Position numbers and translations under genes: made by a program
DNA from: Acidobacteriota bacterium
Lineage (GTDB): Bacteria; Acidobacteriota; UBA6911
NCBI GenBank assembly: GCA_963664705.1
Contig: OY761556.1
Location: 6,048,001-6,112,000 of the forward strand
Length of the DNA stretch: 64,000 nucleotides
Direction: 5' to 3'
The notes under the pieces: generated by a model
What the model was told of the DNA's origin: nothing
Database searches by the model: none
What the model saw: only the letters and a program-made list of their open reading frames with translations
Part shown: positions 47,161 to 56,656 of the stretch, one piece after another
How positions within the stretch are numbered: the stretch's first letter is position 1
Layout of the letters: every line of letters begins with the position of its first letter

Positions 47161-47298
47161 TCCTGGGAGGGCCGCCATTCGGGCCAAGCTGCAGGGTATT
47201 TGCAGAATTCCAGATTTCAGATTCCAAATTCCAGACCAGGACCAGGGAGTACTCACTGGGAGGGTCGCCGTCCCGGCTACCGCCGCATAACAATTGTT
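47161..47298 (+). repeat. Dispersed repeat, copy 2
   Basis: TGGGAGGGCCGCC.. unit, heptamer tract, then GGGAGTACTCACTGGGAGGGTCGCCGTCCCGGCTA..GCCGCATA. Confidence 0.8.
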
Positions 47299-47451
47299 CA
47301 CGCCCTGCCGACGCGAGTGAGGCGCCAGGTCCGGAGGGCCGAAAGCAAGTAGACATAATGGAGTGATCGGTCTCTAGCATGTAATATCGTGGGTTACAGC
47401 TGAAGTCGTGGTGACGAAGCTGCAGAGCCATAAAACATGAGGAGACCGATC

Positions 47452-48546
47452 ATGGCAGATTGTATCACTTGGGTAGGGATGGATGATTCAGCAAAAAAGA
47501 TAAACGTCGCAATTTTTCGCGGGCAGGAAAGTAACCCTCGAGAAGAACTTGTTGTATCAAACGACAGTACGGGGCTGGGTCGGTTAGCGAAAAAGCTAAG
47601 GGCATTTGAAGATGATGTACGGTGCGTCTACGAAGCGGGCGTTAATGGATACTATTTGCAGCGCTATTTGGCCAAACATGGGATTTCTTGTGAGGTTGCG
47701 GCCCCTTCGTTGACTCCGAGACGAGCGGGAAAAAAAGTAAAAACGGATAAGCTGGATGCGAAAGCCTTGGGCAAATTGTACCGAGCGGGAGAACTAACAT
47801 GTATTGTGATCCCGCAAAAAGAACAGGAAAGTCTGCGAGATCTGGTGCGTGCGCGAGAAGACGCATTGGAAGACCAGCAGCGAGCACGGCATCGATTAGC
47901 ACGGTTTCTGATGCGACGTGGATTGAAATATCCGCAGGGCAAGAACTGGTCGCTTGGGCACCTAAAGTGGATTAAGAGCCTTGTGTTTGAGGATGATGGG
48001 GATCAAACAGTACTGGAGGAATATCGACAGGCGCTTGAGCAACAGACGGAGCGGTTGAAAACATTCCAGGGAAAAATCGAGGAAGTTGCAAAACAGCCGA
48101 ACTATCAAAAGCGAGTCAGCTATTTGATGGCGCTAAAAGGCGTTCAGGTTCTGACGGCGATGACGATTATCGCAGAAGCGCTCGATTTAAGACGGTTCGT
48201 TGATGCGCCTTCGTTTATGGCCGCTATTGGGGTGGTGCCTTCGGAAAGCAGCTCAGGTGAACTTGAAAGACGGGGAAGGATAACCAAAACGGGAAACAGC
48301 CACCTACGTAGGGTGCTGATCGAAAGCGCCTGGCACTACCGTCATTCTTCAGTAGCTGGCAAAACTCTCAAGAAACGACGAGAGTGTTTGCCGGCAGAAG
48401 TTATCGAGATTGCACAACGTTGCGATAAGCGATTGAATCAAAAATTCCGACGCATGCTCAACCGAGGGAAAGAAAGACAAAAGATCGCGGTTGCGGTAAG
48501 TCGAGAATTGGCAGGATTTATCTGGGCTATCGGTCGTGTTGCATGA
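47452..48546 (+). CDS. IS110-family DEDD recombinase/transposase
   Basis: VGMD, YEAG, KTD..DA (DEDD); G.VPSE.SSG and G.ITK.GN..LR..L.ESAW; GAGGAG RBS. Confidence 0.95.
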   Translation: MADCITWVGMDDSAKKINVAIFRGQESNPREELVVSNDSTGLGRLAKKLRAFEDDVRCVYEAGVNGYYLQRYLAKHGISCEVAAPSLTPRRAGKKVKTDKLDAKALGKLYRAGELTCIVIPQKEQESLRDLVRAREDALEDQQRARHRLARFLMRRGLKYPQGKNWSLGHLKWIKSLVFEDDGDQTVLEEYRQALEQQTERLKTFQGKIEEVAKQPNYQKRVSYLMALKGVQVLTAMTIIAEALDLRRFVDAPSFMAAIGVVPSESSSGELERRGRITKTGNSHLRRVLIESAWHYRHSSVAGKTLKKRRECLPAEVIEIAQRCDKRLNQKFRRMLNRGKERQKIAVAVSRELAGFIWAIGRVA

Positions 48547-48618
48547 CATAAGGCACCAGCTCTTGCAGCTATTTTGTTCTTCAATGGATTAATAACGGAA
48601 ACATTCGGTTAGTGAACG

Positions 48619-48801
48619 GAACAGGAGATCGAGTTCCAGGCTTCGAAAGGAGAAACCTCGACCTGGCTATGTTGGTATGGGAAACCAGAATCCACGGAAG
48701 TAGAGTGAGGCCGCTCCCGATGAATCAGTTGTCATGCGTGCTTATCGACCCGCGAATATCAGATTGATTATCGTCGCTGTTGCCAACTCGATCCCCTGTT
48801 C
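48619..48801 (+). ncRNA. Predicted bridge/seekRNA of the IS1111-group element
   Basis: Closing stem 48619-48635/48785-48801 (16/17 paired) around two stem-loops with internal loops containing CCTGGCTA, AAGTAG and ATATCAG, which match the target and the element end. Confidence 0.8.
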
Positions 48802-49131
48802 TTTTTACTGGCTGATTTATTTATGAACCGAAGAAAACCAAAATGAACGAACAAGGAACGGATTGATTGTACTTGACCGATCACTCCATATCAGCCAGGG
48901 GTGAAGCGCAGCGAACCCCTGGATTGGATTAGACCAGTAACAAGCCCCAGAGGGGCGGCAGAAGGCGCCGATCCTTCACCCCTCCGGGACCTTCCGGGGC
49001 TGAGATGCATCCTATTCCCAGATCCCTCGGGCAAATGATATCCAGCATTAGGTGCCCTGCCGGCAAGGGGGCTAGCTGCTTCCGCAATGCTGATGCCGCC
49101 GGGACGCCGGAACTCCCCGTGGATAGCCGAC

Positions 49132-50295
49132 TTATTCAAAATGAATTCGAAGCTGAACGATTTCAGGACGGTTGCCGAGGCGCACGGGAGGACCCCATGT
49201 CCCGACTCCGCAGGAAACGTAGTACTGTGTATTCCCTCTTCTTTTGTATCCCCACGCCAGTTCGTATATGCGATTGACAATATAATTGATGGGCCACAGC
49301 TGGCCGTAATGGGTATGTCCCGAAATCTGCAGGTCGATCTTTGAATTCTCTGCCTCGGACAGCCCGAAGGGTTGGTGGTCCATCAGGATTACCGGGTAGT
49401 TTTTATCGACCGACTCCATCAGCTCGGCGAGATGTTTCCTCGGATTGCCTCCAAACGTTACGCTGGAACGATCCTCCCGACCAACGAGGAAAATGGAATC
49501 CGCGACCTGAACACTTCGATCCCTCAGCATGGTAATGCCATGCTCAGTAAGATACTCACAGGCTCGCTCGGCGCCGCCGATGTGTTCGTGATTTCCGGTT
49601 GCTCCAAAGACCCCGTATCGGGATCGGATGTTTCTCAAGGACTCTCCAAGATTCTGTCTTATTACGGGAGCGATGTCTTCGTCGACGATATCGCCGGGCA
49701 TCAGAACCACATCCGGGTTCAATTGGTTGATCTGTTCCACAATTTTGTCAAAGCGGGATCTGTCGACAATCGTGCCCAGGTGTACATCCGAAACGGCCAC
49801 AATGTTCAGATGGTCGAGGCGTGATGCCTTCCTCGGCATTGATAAATCCATGGCGACAATGCGCGGGAAAATGGCATTGATGTGTCCGATCAGCAGAAGG
49901 ATGCCGACGGCTCCGGTGACGCAGAGCATGGTGACGAGCTTTGCCTTCTGATAATGATCGGTGATGACCGCGGGATAGAAATGGAAAAAATGGTTGCCGA
50001 GGCGGACCAGGTCCAGCGCGACGACTGCCAGCAGAAAGTAGATGGTTGCCGCAATCCAGAATGATCCGATCCACAACAGAAGATCCGAGAGAAAAGCAGG
50101 AACGCGGTTTTCCAGGATGCGTCCGCCAATGTACGAAAACGCGACAATCCAGAAAGCAAGGATGTATGGGGTCCTGAGGCCGGAATCGGGAGGGATGGAC
50201 TGCAGTCCGCGGTTAAAAAAGTAATAGCTGATGAGTCCGGTGATGAGGGAAAAGACGGCAAAGAAAACTATCACGCGCATTGCGATTGTCTCCAT
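49132..50295 (-). CDS. Membrane-anchored metallophosphoesterase (YkuE-like)
   Basis: Four TM segments then SD.H.G, GD.VD, GNHE, HQP, SGHTH.GQ, G.G.WGPP.R. Confidence 0.92.
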   Translation of the reverse strand: METIAMRVIVFFAVFSLITGLISYYFFNRGLQSIPPDSGLRTPYILAFWIVAFSYIGGRILENRVPAFLSDLLLWIGSFWIAATIYFLLAVVALDLVRLGNHFFHFYPAVITDHYQKAKLVTMLCVTGAVGILLLIGHINAIFPRIVAMDLSMPRKASRLDHLNIVAVSDVHLGTIVDRSRFDKIVEQINQLNPDVVLMPGDIVDEDIAPVIRQNLGESLRNIRSRYGVFGATGNHEHIGGAERACEYLTEHGITMLRDRSVQVADSIFLVGREDRSSVTFGGNPRKHLAELMESVDKNYPVILMDHQPFGLSEAENSKIDLQISGHTHYGQLWPINYIVNRIYELAWGYKRRGNTQYYVSCGVGTWGPPVRLGNRPEIVQLRIHFE

Positions 50296-50398
50296 ACGCT
50301 CTGCATCGATGAAAGAAAAGTCTGAGAATCGACGCTGGCGTCAGCATCAATCTATATTAAAATTCCTCCCCGTGGGCCAATGATTTTAGGGATTGTAT

Positions 50399-51370
50399 AT
50401 GACGAAACCGGTTTGTATTGCTTCTGTACCGCTTTTTGTTCTGTTTCTGGCTCTGGTTTCCATGGCCTCTGCCGCTTTCAGTGAAACCCGACCCAATGAA
50501 CTGGGAAAGATCCCGATCCTGGAATATCACCTGATTCAGCCCCAGCCCAGCATTTGGGCTCGAACGGCAGGGGATTTTCGCCGTGATCTGGAAATGCTTT
50601 ATGCCGCCGGATACAGGGCGCTGGGATTGAGCGATTACCTGACGGGCAAGATCGATGTTCCGGCGGGAACGCACCCGATTATTTTCACCTTCGATGATTC
50701 CTCTCCCGGCCAGTTCCGCTATATATCCCGGAATGGAAAGAGGGAAATCGATCCTGATTGCGCCGTAGGCATCTTTCTCGATTTCCGGAAGCGGCATCCG
50801 GATTTTGGTATGAAGGCAAGCTTCTTCGTTCTGCCTGGAGCGGCCGAACCGCACAGGCTTTTTGGTCAGCCTGAATTTGAAAAAGATAAGCTTAAGCAGC
50901 TTGTGGAGCTTGGATTCGAAATCGGGAACCACACCCTCTGGCATGCCAATCTGAAAAAATACGATTCCCCGACGGTTCGTAAACAGCTTGCAAAGGCAGT
51001 TGAAGCAATCCAGGCTGCGGTTCCCGGATACAATGTTCATACGCTGTCCCTGCCCTTCGGGGTTTATCCGAGAGATCCGTCCCTGGCGTTATCCGGCAGT
51101 TTCGGGAATACGTCCTATCATAACGACGGAGTACTGGAGGTCTCCGGCGGTTCGGCCGCCTCACCATTCAGCATAAAAATGGACCCTCTGCATCTGACCC
51201 GGACCCAGGTTACCGGGAAGGCCTTGGAACGGCTTATCCGCTATTTTGAAAAACACCCGGATGAGATATTTGTCAGCGATGGAAAGGCGGATACCGTAAC
51301 CTTTCCATCGAACCTCAGATCCGGATTCAGGTCGAACAGATTTAAAAATCTGAAGGTGAATGTGGATTAG
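50399..51370 (+). CDS. Secreted polysaccharide deacetylase family protein
   Basis: Signal peptide, IPILEYH, TFDD, EIGNHT..H, LPFG. Confidence 0.85.
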   Translation: MTKPVCIASVPLFVLFLALVSMASAAFSETRPNELGKIPILEYHLIQPQPSIWARTAGDFRRDLEMLYAAGYRALGLSDYLTGKIDVPAGTHPIIFTFDDSSPGQFRYISRNGKREIDPDCAVGIFLDFRKRHPDFGMKASFFVLPGAAEPHRLFGQPEFEKDKLKQLVELGFEIGNHTLWHANLKKYDSPTVRKQLAKAVEAIQAAVPGYNVHTLSLPFGVYPRDPSLALSGSFGNTSYHNDGVLEVSGGSAASPFSIKMDPLHLTRTQVTGKALERLIRYFEKHPDEIFVSDGKADTVTFPSNLRSGFRSNRFKNLKVNVD

Positions 51371-51426
51371 CGAAGGGTACGGAAGGGCTTTGCGCATTTC
51401 TGCCCTTTTTCGTACCCTCCGTCGCA
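51371..51426. terminator. Hairpin between convergent genes
   Basis: GAAGGGTACGGAAGGGC...GCCCTTTTTCGTACCCTCC. Confidence 0.55.
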
Positions 51427-51438
51427 GGTGATTGCCGT

Positions 51439-52437
51439 CTATATCTGTATGCAGATTTTCCCGAAGTGACTGCCCGACTCCATCCACTTAAAGGCTTCCT
51501 GAACTGCATCAAAGGAAAAAGTTCGATCAATGACAGGATGTATCCGGTGCAATGCAATGGCTGCGTTCATGGCCGAAAACATTTCGCGCGAGCCGACAAA
51601 AATACCCTGAACCCGGATTGCATTCATCAGGATAGGAAGGATATTGACGTCGGAGGCTGTTGTCAGTGCGCCGATTAGAGCAATTGTTCCGCCGCGCCGA
51701 ACCGCGGCCACCGATTTGTTGAATGTGCCGGGACCGCCAACCTCCACCACCAAATCGACGCCGCGTCCGCCAGTAATCTGACGAACATGCTTCCCCCATT
51801 CAGGGACTTCTTTATAATTGATTGTTTCGTCAGCCCCCAATGCCCGGGCCTTTTCCAGCTTGTCGTTGCTGCCGGATGTGGCAATGACTCGGGCTCCGTT
51901 GAGACGAGCCAGCTGGAGCGCAAAGATGGAGACGCCGCCGGTTCCCAAGGTAAGCACGGTATCGCCCGCCTTGCAATTTCCTGCGAGCGCGTTCCAGGCA
52001 GTCAGGCCCGCGCATGGCAGTGTTGCTGCTTCGGCATCGCTCAAATACTCGGGTATCTTGATAATACCGTCCTGGTGCAACGCAACATACTCGGCCAGCA
52101 CACCATCCCGTCCTGCTCCCAGTGCCGTCCGTGCCTGTTCGTCCGTAGGGATTCCCGAAGGCCATCTCTCAAAAAAGGTATTGGCGACGCGATCGCCCGG
52201 CCTCAAGCCTTCCACCGCAGATCCGATGGCGACAATTTCGCCGACTCCGTCGGAAAGCGGTATTTGGGGGAGTTTTAAGCGCGGATTATAGCGGCCGGTT
52301 GCAGTCATCCAGTCCCTGTAATTCAGGGACCATGCATGCATCTTCACCAGAACCTGGTTTGCATTCGGTTCCGGCATGGGGCGATCCACCATGACGAGTC
52401 CATCCAGGCCAAACTTTTGAATTTCGTATGCTTTCAT
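51439..52437 (-). CDS. MDR-family NAD(P)-dependent oxidoreductase (zinc-type ADH-like)
   Basis: SLNYRD, IPLSDG.G, EAATLPCA.LTAWNAL, GTGGVS.FALQ, HFGKI. Confidence 0.9.
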   Translation of the reverse strand: MKAYEIQKFGLDGLVMVDRPMPEPNANQVLVKMHAWSLNYRDWMTATGRYNPRLKLPQIPLSDGVGEIVAIGSAVEGLRPGDRVANTFFERWPSGIPTDEQARTALGAGRDGVLAEYVALHQDGIIKIPEYLSDAEAATLPCAGLTAWNALAGNCKAGDTVLTLGTGGVSIFALQLARLNGARVIATSGSNDKLEKARALGADETINYKEVPEWGKHVRQITGGRGVDLVVEVGGPGTFNKSVAAVRRGGTIALIGALTTASDVNILPILMNAIRVQGIFVGSREMFSAMNAAIALHRIHPVIDRTFSFDAVQEAFKWMESGSHFGKICIQI

Positions 52438-52874
52438 CGATAGTCTCTTTTCATTAAGCCAAATGAGTGATGCCAATCACGGAAAATAATCACGCTTAAT
52501 TTTAGAATGAAATGGTTGGCAAAGAAATGGCTCGACGATTTGATTTGTCGAAGTCCCGTAATCTGACAACCATTCGGGAGAATAGGCGCTCTCGATGGGT
52601 TCCAACCTCTCTGTAACCGTGTTTGCGTCCCGCAATTCATGAACAGAATTGCGGGACCGGCATGCTCCTGCAATCCAGGCCAAAATTCAGAGTTGAAAAG
52701 AGAAATAGCCGCAGAATTCCCGCAAATGGATGCCTTTTTGAGGCAATGCATGTCCCGCCGTTGCTGTTTTGATCTTGAACCTTGAGTGTGAATGCCTTAT
52801 AAGTTTGTTCCCACATCTATTTATGGGATCGGAACTCAGCAGAGCCGCTGATCATCAAAAGGAGGATGGCTAAA

Positions 52875-53975
52875 ATGGCGCTCATCAATTTTGGAGGTGT
52901 TAAAGAAGATGTTGTGACTCGCAAAGAGTTTTCCATGGCAAAGGCACGAAAGGTGCTCAAAGGGGAAACGATTGCGGTCATAGGCTACGGTGTGCAGGGG
53001 CCTGCTCAGGCTCTGAACATGAAAGACAATGGATTCAATGTAATTGTCGGCCAGTCAAAGCAGTACCCGCAAGACTGGGACCGTGCCAAGAAAGATGGAT
53101 GGGTGCCCGGAAAAACCCTGTTTTCGATTGAAGAAGCCTGCGAACGGGGCACGGTTATTGAGATGCTGGTTTCGGATGCCGCGCAGAGAGCGGTTTGGCC
53201 TGTTGTAAAGCAGCGCCTTACGGCGGGCAAGGCCCTGTATTTCTCTCACGGATTCTCGATTGTATATAGCCAACAGACCAAAGTTATTCCTCCCAAAGAT
53301 GTGGATGTGATTATGGTGGCACCCAAAGGATCCGGGACGTCTTTGCGGCGCAATTTCCTGTCAGGGGCCGGAATCAACTCCAGTTTCGCTGTTGAACAGG
53401 ATGCCACCGGCAACGCCCGTGAACGTTGCCTCGCTTTGGGTATCGCGGTCGGTTCCGGGTATCTATTCCCCACCACTTTTAAAAATGAAGTGTTCAGCGA
53501 TCTGACCGGGGAACGCGGTGTGCTTATGGGTGCAATCGCCGGTGTGTTCGAAGCCCAGTACGAGGTGCTCCGAAAACATGGTCACAGCCCGAGCGAAGCT
53601 TTCAACGAAACGGTCGAAGAGTTTACGGAAAGTTTGATCCGGCTCGTTGCGGAGAATGGCATGGATTGGATGTATGCCAATTGTTCCGCAACAGCGCAGC
53701 GTGGCGCTCTGGACTGGAGACCCAAGTTCAAAAAAGCCGTGCAGCCTGTTTTTAACGATCTGTACAAACGGGTGGCTTCCGGGGCCGAAACTGAAAGAGT
53801 GCTGCGTACCTGCGGTCGCCCCGATTATAAAGAACAATTGACCAAGGAACTCACCCAGATGGCGAATTCCGAAATGTGGCAGGCTGGGAAAGCCACGCGC
53901 GCTCTGCGTCCGAAAGAGTCGGCCAAGAAATTTTCCTCGGCTCCAAAAGGCGTAGCCGGCCGATCCTCTAATTGA
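52875..53975 (+). CDS. ilvC: Ketol-acid reductoisomerase (start may be 52866)
   Basis: IGYG.QG, FSHGF, VAPKG.G, E..SDL.GE.G.L.G, EAFNE..EE, CS.TAQ.GA; N-terminus resembles the Bacteroidota/fungal type. Confidence 0.95.
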   Translation: MALINFGGVKEDVVTRKEFSMAKARKVLKGETIAVIGYGVQGPAQALNMKDNGFNVIVGQSKQYPQDWDRAKKDGWVPGKTLFSIEEACERGTVIEMLVSDAAQRAVWPVVKQRLTAGKALYFSHGFSIVYSQQTKVIPPKDVDVIMVAPKGSGTSLRRNFLSGAGINSSFAVEQDATGNARERCLALGIAVGSGYLFPTTFKNEVFSDLTGERGVLMGAIAGVFEAQYEVLRKHGHSPSEAFNETVEEFTESLIRLVAENGMDWMYANCSATAQRGALDWRPKFKKAVQPVFNDLYKRVASGAETERVLRTCGRPDYKEQLTKELTQMANSEMWQAGKATRALRPKESAKKFSSAPKGVAGRSSN

Positions 53976-54091
53976 CCTTGTTGTTTTGAGGAATACAATT
54001 ACCTGATTATGGTAGTTGTATTCCTCAATTTTTTTTGCAGCCAGGGAAGACCCTTCCGACGACGGAATACACTAAAATTGAAATGATCGAT

Positions 54092-54451
54092 ATGGCCGAT
54101 TTGAAAGTGAACGGTTCATCGACAGTCATCCTGATCAACAATGATGGAATGGGATCGGCCGATGAACCATTAAGGCATAAACTCCTGAAAGTCTATCTGA
54201 CGATGCTCCACGAGAACGGTTTGTACCCGGGAGCCATCTGCTTCTATGCCGATGGAGTTCGAATGGTGGTCGAGGGATCCCCGGTGCTCGATCTTCTTCG
54301 GGACTTTGAGCAGCAAGGGGTGCGGATTATCATCTGCATCACCTGCCTGGATTATTACCAGCTTCGGGATAAAGTTGCCGTTGGGATCATCGGGGGCATG
54401 AATGACATCGTGCTCGCTCAATGGATGGCAACCAAGGTAATCACTCTTTAA
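54092..54451 (+). CDS. DsrE/YedF C-terminal-like sulfur-relay protein (start uncertain)
   Basis: DGMG..DE.L...L, P..ICFY..GV, GV.I..C.TCL.YY.L. Confidence 0.75.
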   Translation: MADLKVNGSSTVILINNDGMGSADEPLRHKLLKVYLTMLHENGLYPGAICFYADGVRMVVEGSPVLDLLRDFEQQGVRIIICITCLDYYQLRDKVAVGIIGGMNDIVLAQWMATKVITL

Positions 54452-54496
54452 GCCTTCGAGTATTTAGCCGGTGAGGCGATAAGGCGAATTTCTTCA

Positions 54497-55444
54497 ATGA
54501 CGAACGATCTATTTCAGACACCTTGGAATTTTTTGGGATTGCCGGAAGAGGTTTCCTGTCCGTCGCGTTCCCGTGGGTGGTTGCTGCCGATTCCCTATGA
54601 ATCCACCACATCGTACGGAGCGGGAACCCGCGAGGGCCCGACTGCGATTCTTACTGCATCGCGTCAGGTGGAGTTATACGACCAGGAGTTCGATTGCGAG
54701 CCTGCAATGGAGTATGGGATTCACACGACATCTCCTTTGAACCTCGTACACAGTTCTCCTGAAGCGATGATTCGATCGATCGAGACTGCGGTTGCAGAGC
54801 TTCTTTCCGGTTCCGAAAAGCCGGAGGTTCTCGGGGCGCTGGGCGGCGAGCATTCCATATCGGCGGGGATCGCGCGTGGTTTGGCTCAGGTGCTTAACCC
54901 GAAGTCGCTCGTAGTCGTGCATGTTGACGCTCACTCAGACATGCGCGAGGAATATGAAGAGTCGCCTTACAGCCATGCCTGTGCGGCAAAGCGGATCCTC
55001 GAGGTTTGCCCGATTTTTCAGATCGGTATTCGCAATCTGTCGAGTGGAGAAGCTTCCTTCCTGCGCGGTTGCAAAAAGGTTCGGACGGTTTTTTCCGAAG
55101 AAGCCAGCGACCCGCAAGGAGGATTTCTGCGTGAACTGGCTCGGTTCGTCAAGAACAAGCAGGTTTATTTTACGGTTGATCTGGATGGACTGGATCCATC
55201 GATAATGCCGTCTGTGGGGACTCCGGAACCTGGCGGGATTTCCTGGGAGCGCATGCTTGCGGTTGCCAGGACAGTTTGTCAAAACGCGGCTCATGTGCCC
55301 GTGTTCGACGTGGTGGAACTGGCCCCGATCCCTGGATTCCGCGCCCCCGATTTTCTGGCGGCCAAGCTCGTCTACAAGCTCTTCTCCTATGCTTTAATGG
55401 GAAATGGGAAGGCAACGAACAAAAGGAGACACAGGAATGGGTGA
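54497..55444 (+). CDS. speB: Agmatinase-like ureohydrolase
   Basis: PYE.T.SYG.GT..GP, GGEHS, DAHSD, SHAC, D.DGLDPS..P..GTPEPGG, DVVEL.P. Confidence 0.88.
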   Translation: MTNDLFQTPWNFLGLPEEVSCPSRSRGWLLPIPYESTTSYGAGTREGPTAILTASRQVELYDQEFDCEPAMEYGIHTTSPLNLVHSSPEAMIRSIETAVAELLSGSEKPEVLGALGGEHSISAGIARGLAQVLNPKSLVVVHVDAHSDMREEYEESPYSHACAAKRILEVCPIFQIGIRNLSSGEASFLRGCKKVRTVFSEEASDPQGGFLRELARFVKNKQVYFTVDLDGLDPSIMPSVGTPEPGGISWERMLAVARTVCQNAAHVPVFDVVELAPIPGFRAPDFLAAKLVYKLFSYALMGNGKATNKRRHRNG

Positions 55445-56594
55445 AGTCAAGCTGCCCAAGAAATTCATCAGCAAGTATCCGCATAAGTTCTCAAAAGGCA
55501 AACAGCAGTTCCTGCGCGGGAAGCGCATTCTTCCAAAGCCGATTACCGGAAAGGAAGCGTTGCCGGATTTGATCGACAACACATTCCTCGCGTACAATGC
55601 CGGCCGGTTGCAGGAAGCTTGCCGACTGTTTACGGAGAAAATGCTTCAGCCGAATTGTACGGTGGGGATGAGTCTTTCCGGAGCCATGACTCCTGCCGGG
55701 ATCGGTTCCGCAGCCATCATACCGCTGATCAATGCCGGTTTTATCGACTGGATCGTGTCCACGGGTGCAAACCTGTATCATGATATGCATCACGCCATGA
55801 ACATGCCTTTGTTCCGTGGATCTCCCTTCTCGCCGGATCCGGAGCTTCGAAAACTGGGCGTGGTTCGCATCTATGATATCCTGCTTGACTACAATGACGT
55901 ATTGATGGCAACGGATCACGTGTTGCGGCAGGTGCTCATGCAGCCGGAGTTCCAGCATGAAATGGGCACGGCAGAGCTTCATTACCTGCTTGGCAGGTAT
56001 TGCAACGAATTCGAAAAACAGACCGGCCGCCCGAACAGTTCCGTGCTGGCCGCCGCCTACCGTGCGGGAGTTCCGTGCTACTGCCCGTCCCCGGGTGACT
56101 CGACGATCGGTATGAACATCGCCGGCCTGGAACTCAGGAATAACAAATTGAAGATCAATTCGTCCATTGATGTCAATGAAACGACTGGGATTGTTCTTTC
56201 TGCCAAGCGTGCCGGGATGAAGACCGGAACGCTCCTGATCGGCGGCGGGTCTCCCAAGAATTTCACGCTGCAGACCGAACCGCAAATCCAGGAGGTCCTG
56301 CGCGTAAAAGAAGAGGGCCATGATTACTTCATCCAGGTAACCGATGCCCGCCCGGATACCGGGGGACTTTCCGGTGCCACGCCGCACGAAGCGGTGACAT
56401 GGGGAAAAGTGGATCCAACCCAGTTGCCCGATGCGGTCGTTTGCTACATCGATACAACCGTGGCATTCCCGCTTCTTGCTCACTATGCTTTGTCCAAGCA
56501 CAAAGCCAAAAAGCTCAAACGGCTCTATGACCAGCTTCCCGCAATCATGGAGTTTGTGAACAAAGAATATTGGAAGCACAACAAGGTTCTATAA
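55437..56594 (+). CDS. Deoxyhypusine synthase-like protein (bacterial homospermidine synthase SpeY type)
   Basis: LSGAMTPAG, STGANLYHD.H, PGDS.IG, GGGSPKNF.LQTEP, DTGGLSGATP.EA.TWGK. Confidence 0.88.
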   Translation: MGEVKLPKKFISKYPHKFSKGKQQFLRGKRILPKPITGKEALPDLIDNTFLAYNAGRLQEACRLFTEKMLQPNCTVGMSLSGAMTPAGIGSAAIIPLINAGFIDWIVSTGANLYHDMHHAMNMPLFRGSPFSPDPELRKLGVVRIYDILLDYNDVLMATDHVLRQVLMQPEFQHEMGTAELHYLLGRYCNEFEKQTGRPNSSVLAAAYRAGVPCYCPSPGDSTIGMNIAGLELRNNKLKINSSIDVNETTGIVLSAKRAGMKTGTLLIGGGSPKNFTLQTEPQIQEVLRVKEEGHDYFIQVTDARPDTGGLSGATPHEAVTWGKVDPTQLPDAVVCYIDTTVAFPLLAHYALSKHKAKKLKRLYDQLPAIMEFVNKEYWKHNKVL

Positions 56595-56602
56595 ATTTTC
56601 CG

Positions 56603-56647
56603 GCGATTGACGATTGGAAATTCTGCCCGATTCCAATCGTCAATCGC
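56603..56647. repeat. Palindrome of the ACGATTG family inside the polyamine operon
   Basis: Perfect 17-bp inverted repeat GCGATTGACGATTGGAA / TTCCAATCGTCAATCGC. Confidence 0.8.
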
Positions 56648-56656
56648 AAGCTCCAT

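Larger units (their letters stand above)
47351..48894 (+). mobile_element. IS110-family, IS1111-group element bounded by AG core dinucleotides
   Basis: 15-bp perfect subterminal IRs ATGGAGTGATCGGTC (47358-47372) and GACCGATCACTCCAT (48875-48889); AG at 47351-52 and 48893-94; long 3' non-coding region. Confidence 0.92.
47328..48925 (+). repeat. GTAG REP split by the IS110 element (halves at 47328-47352 and 48893-48925)
   Basis: Joining the flanks gives GGTCCGGAGGGCCGAAAGCAAGTAGCCAGGGGTGAAGCGCAGCGAACCCCTGG, closely matching the reverse complement of 7870-7922. Confidence 0.85.

Noticed and set aside
48891-49280. Short ORFs beside the IS110 right end
   Set aside because: They translate REP sequence or overlap the metallophosphoesterase gene
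52440-52860. Leader peptide or small gene upstream of ilvC (including ORF 52477-52683)
   Set aside because: No Ile/Leu/Val-rich ORF with a terminator was found, and the ORF has no recognisable features
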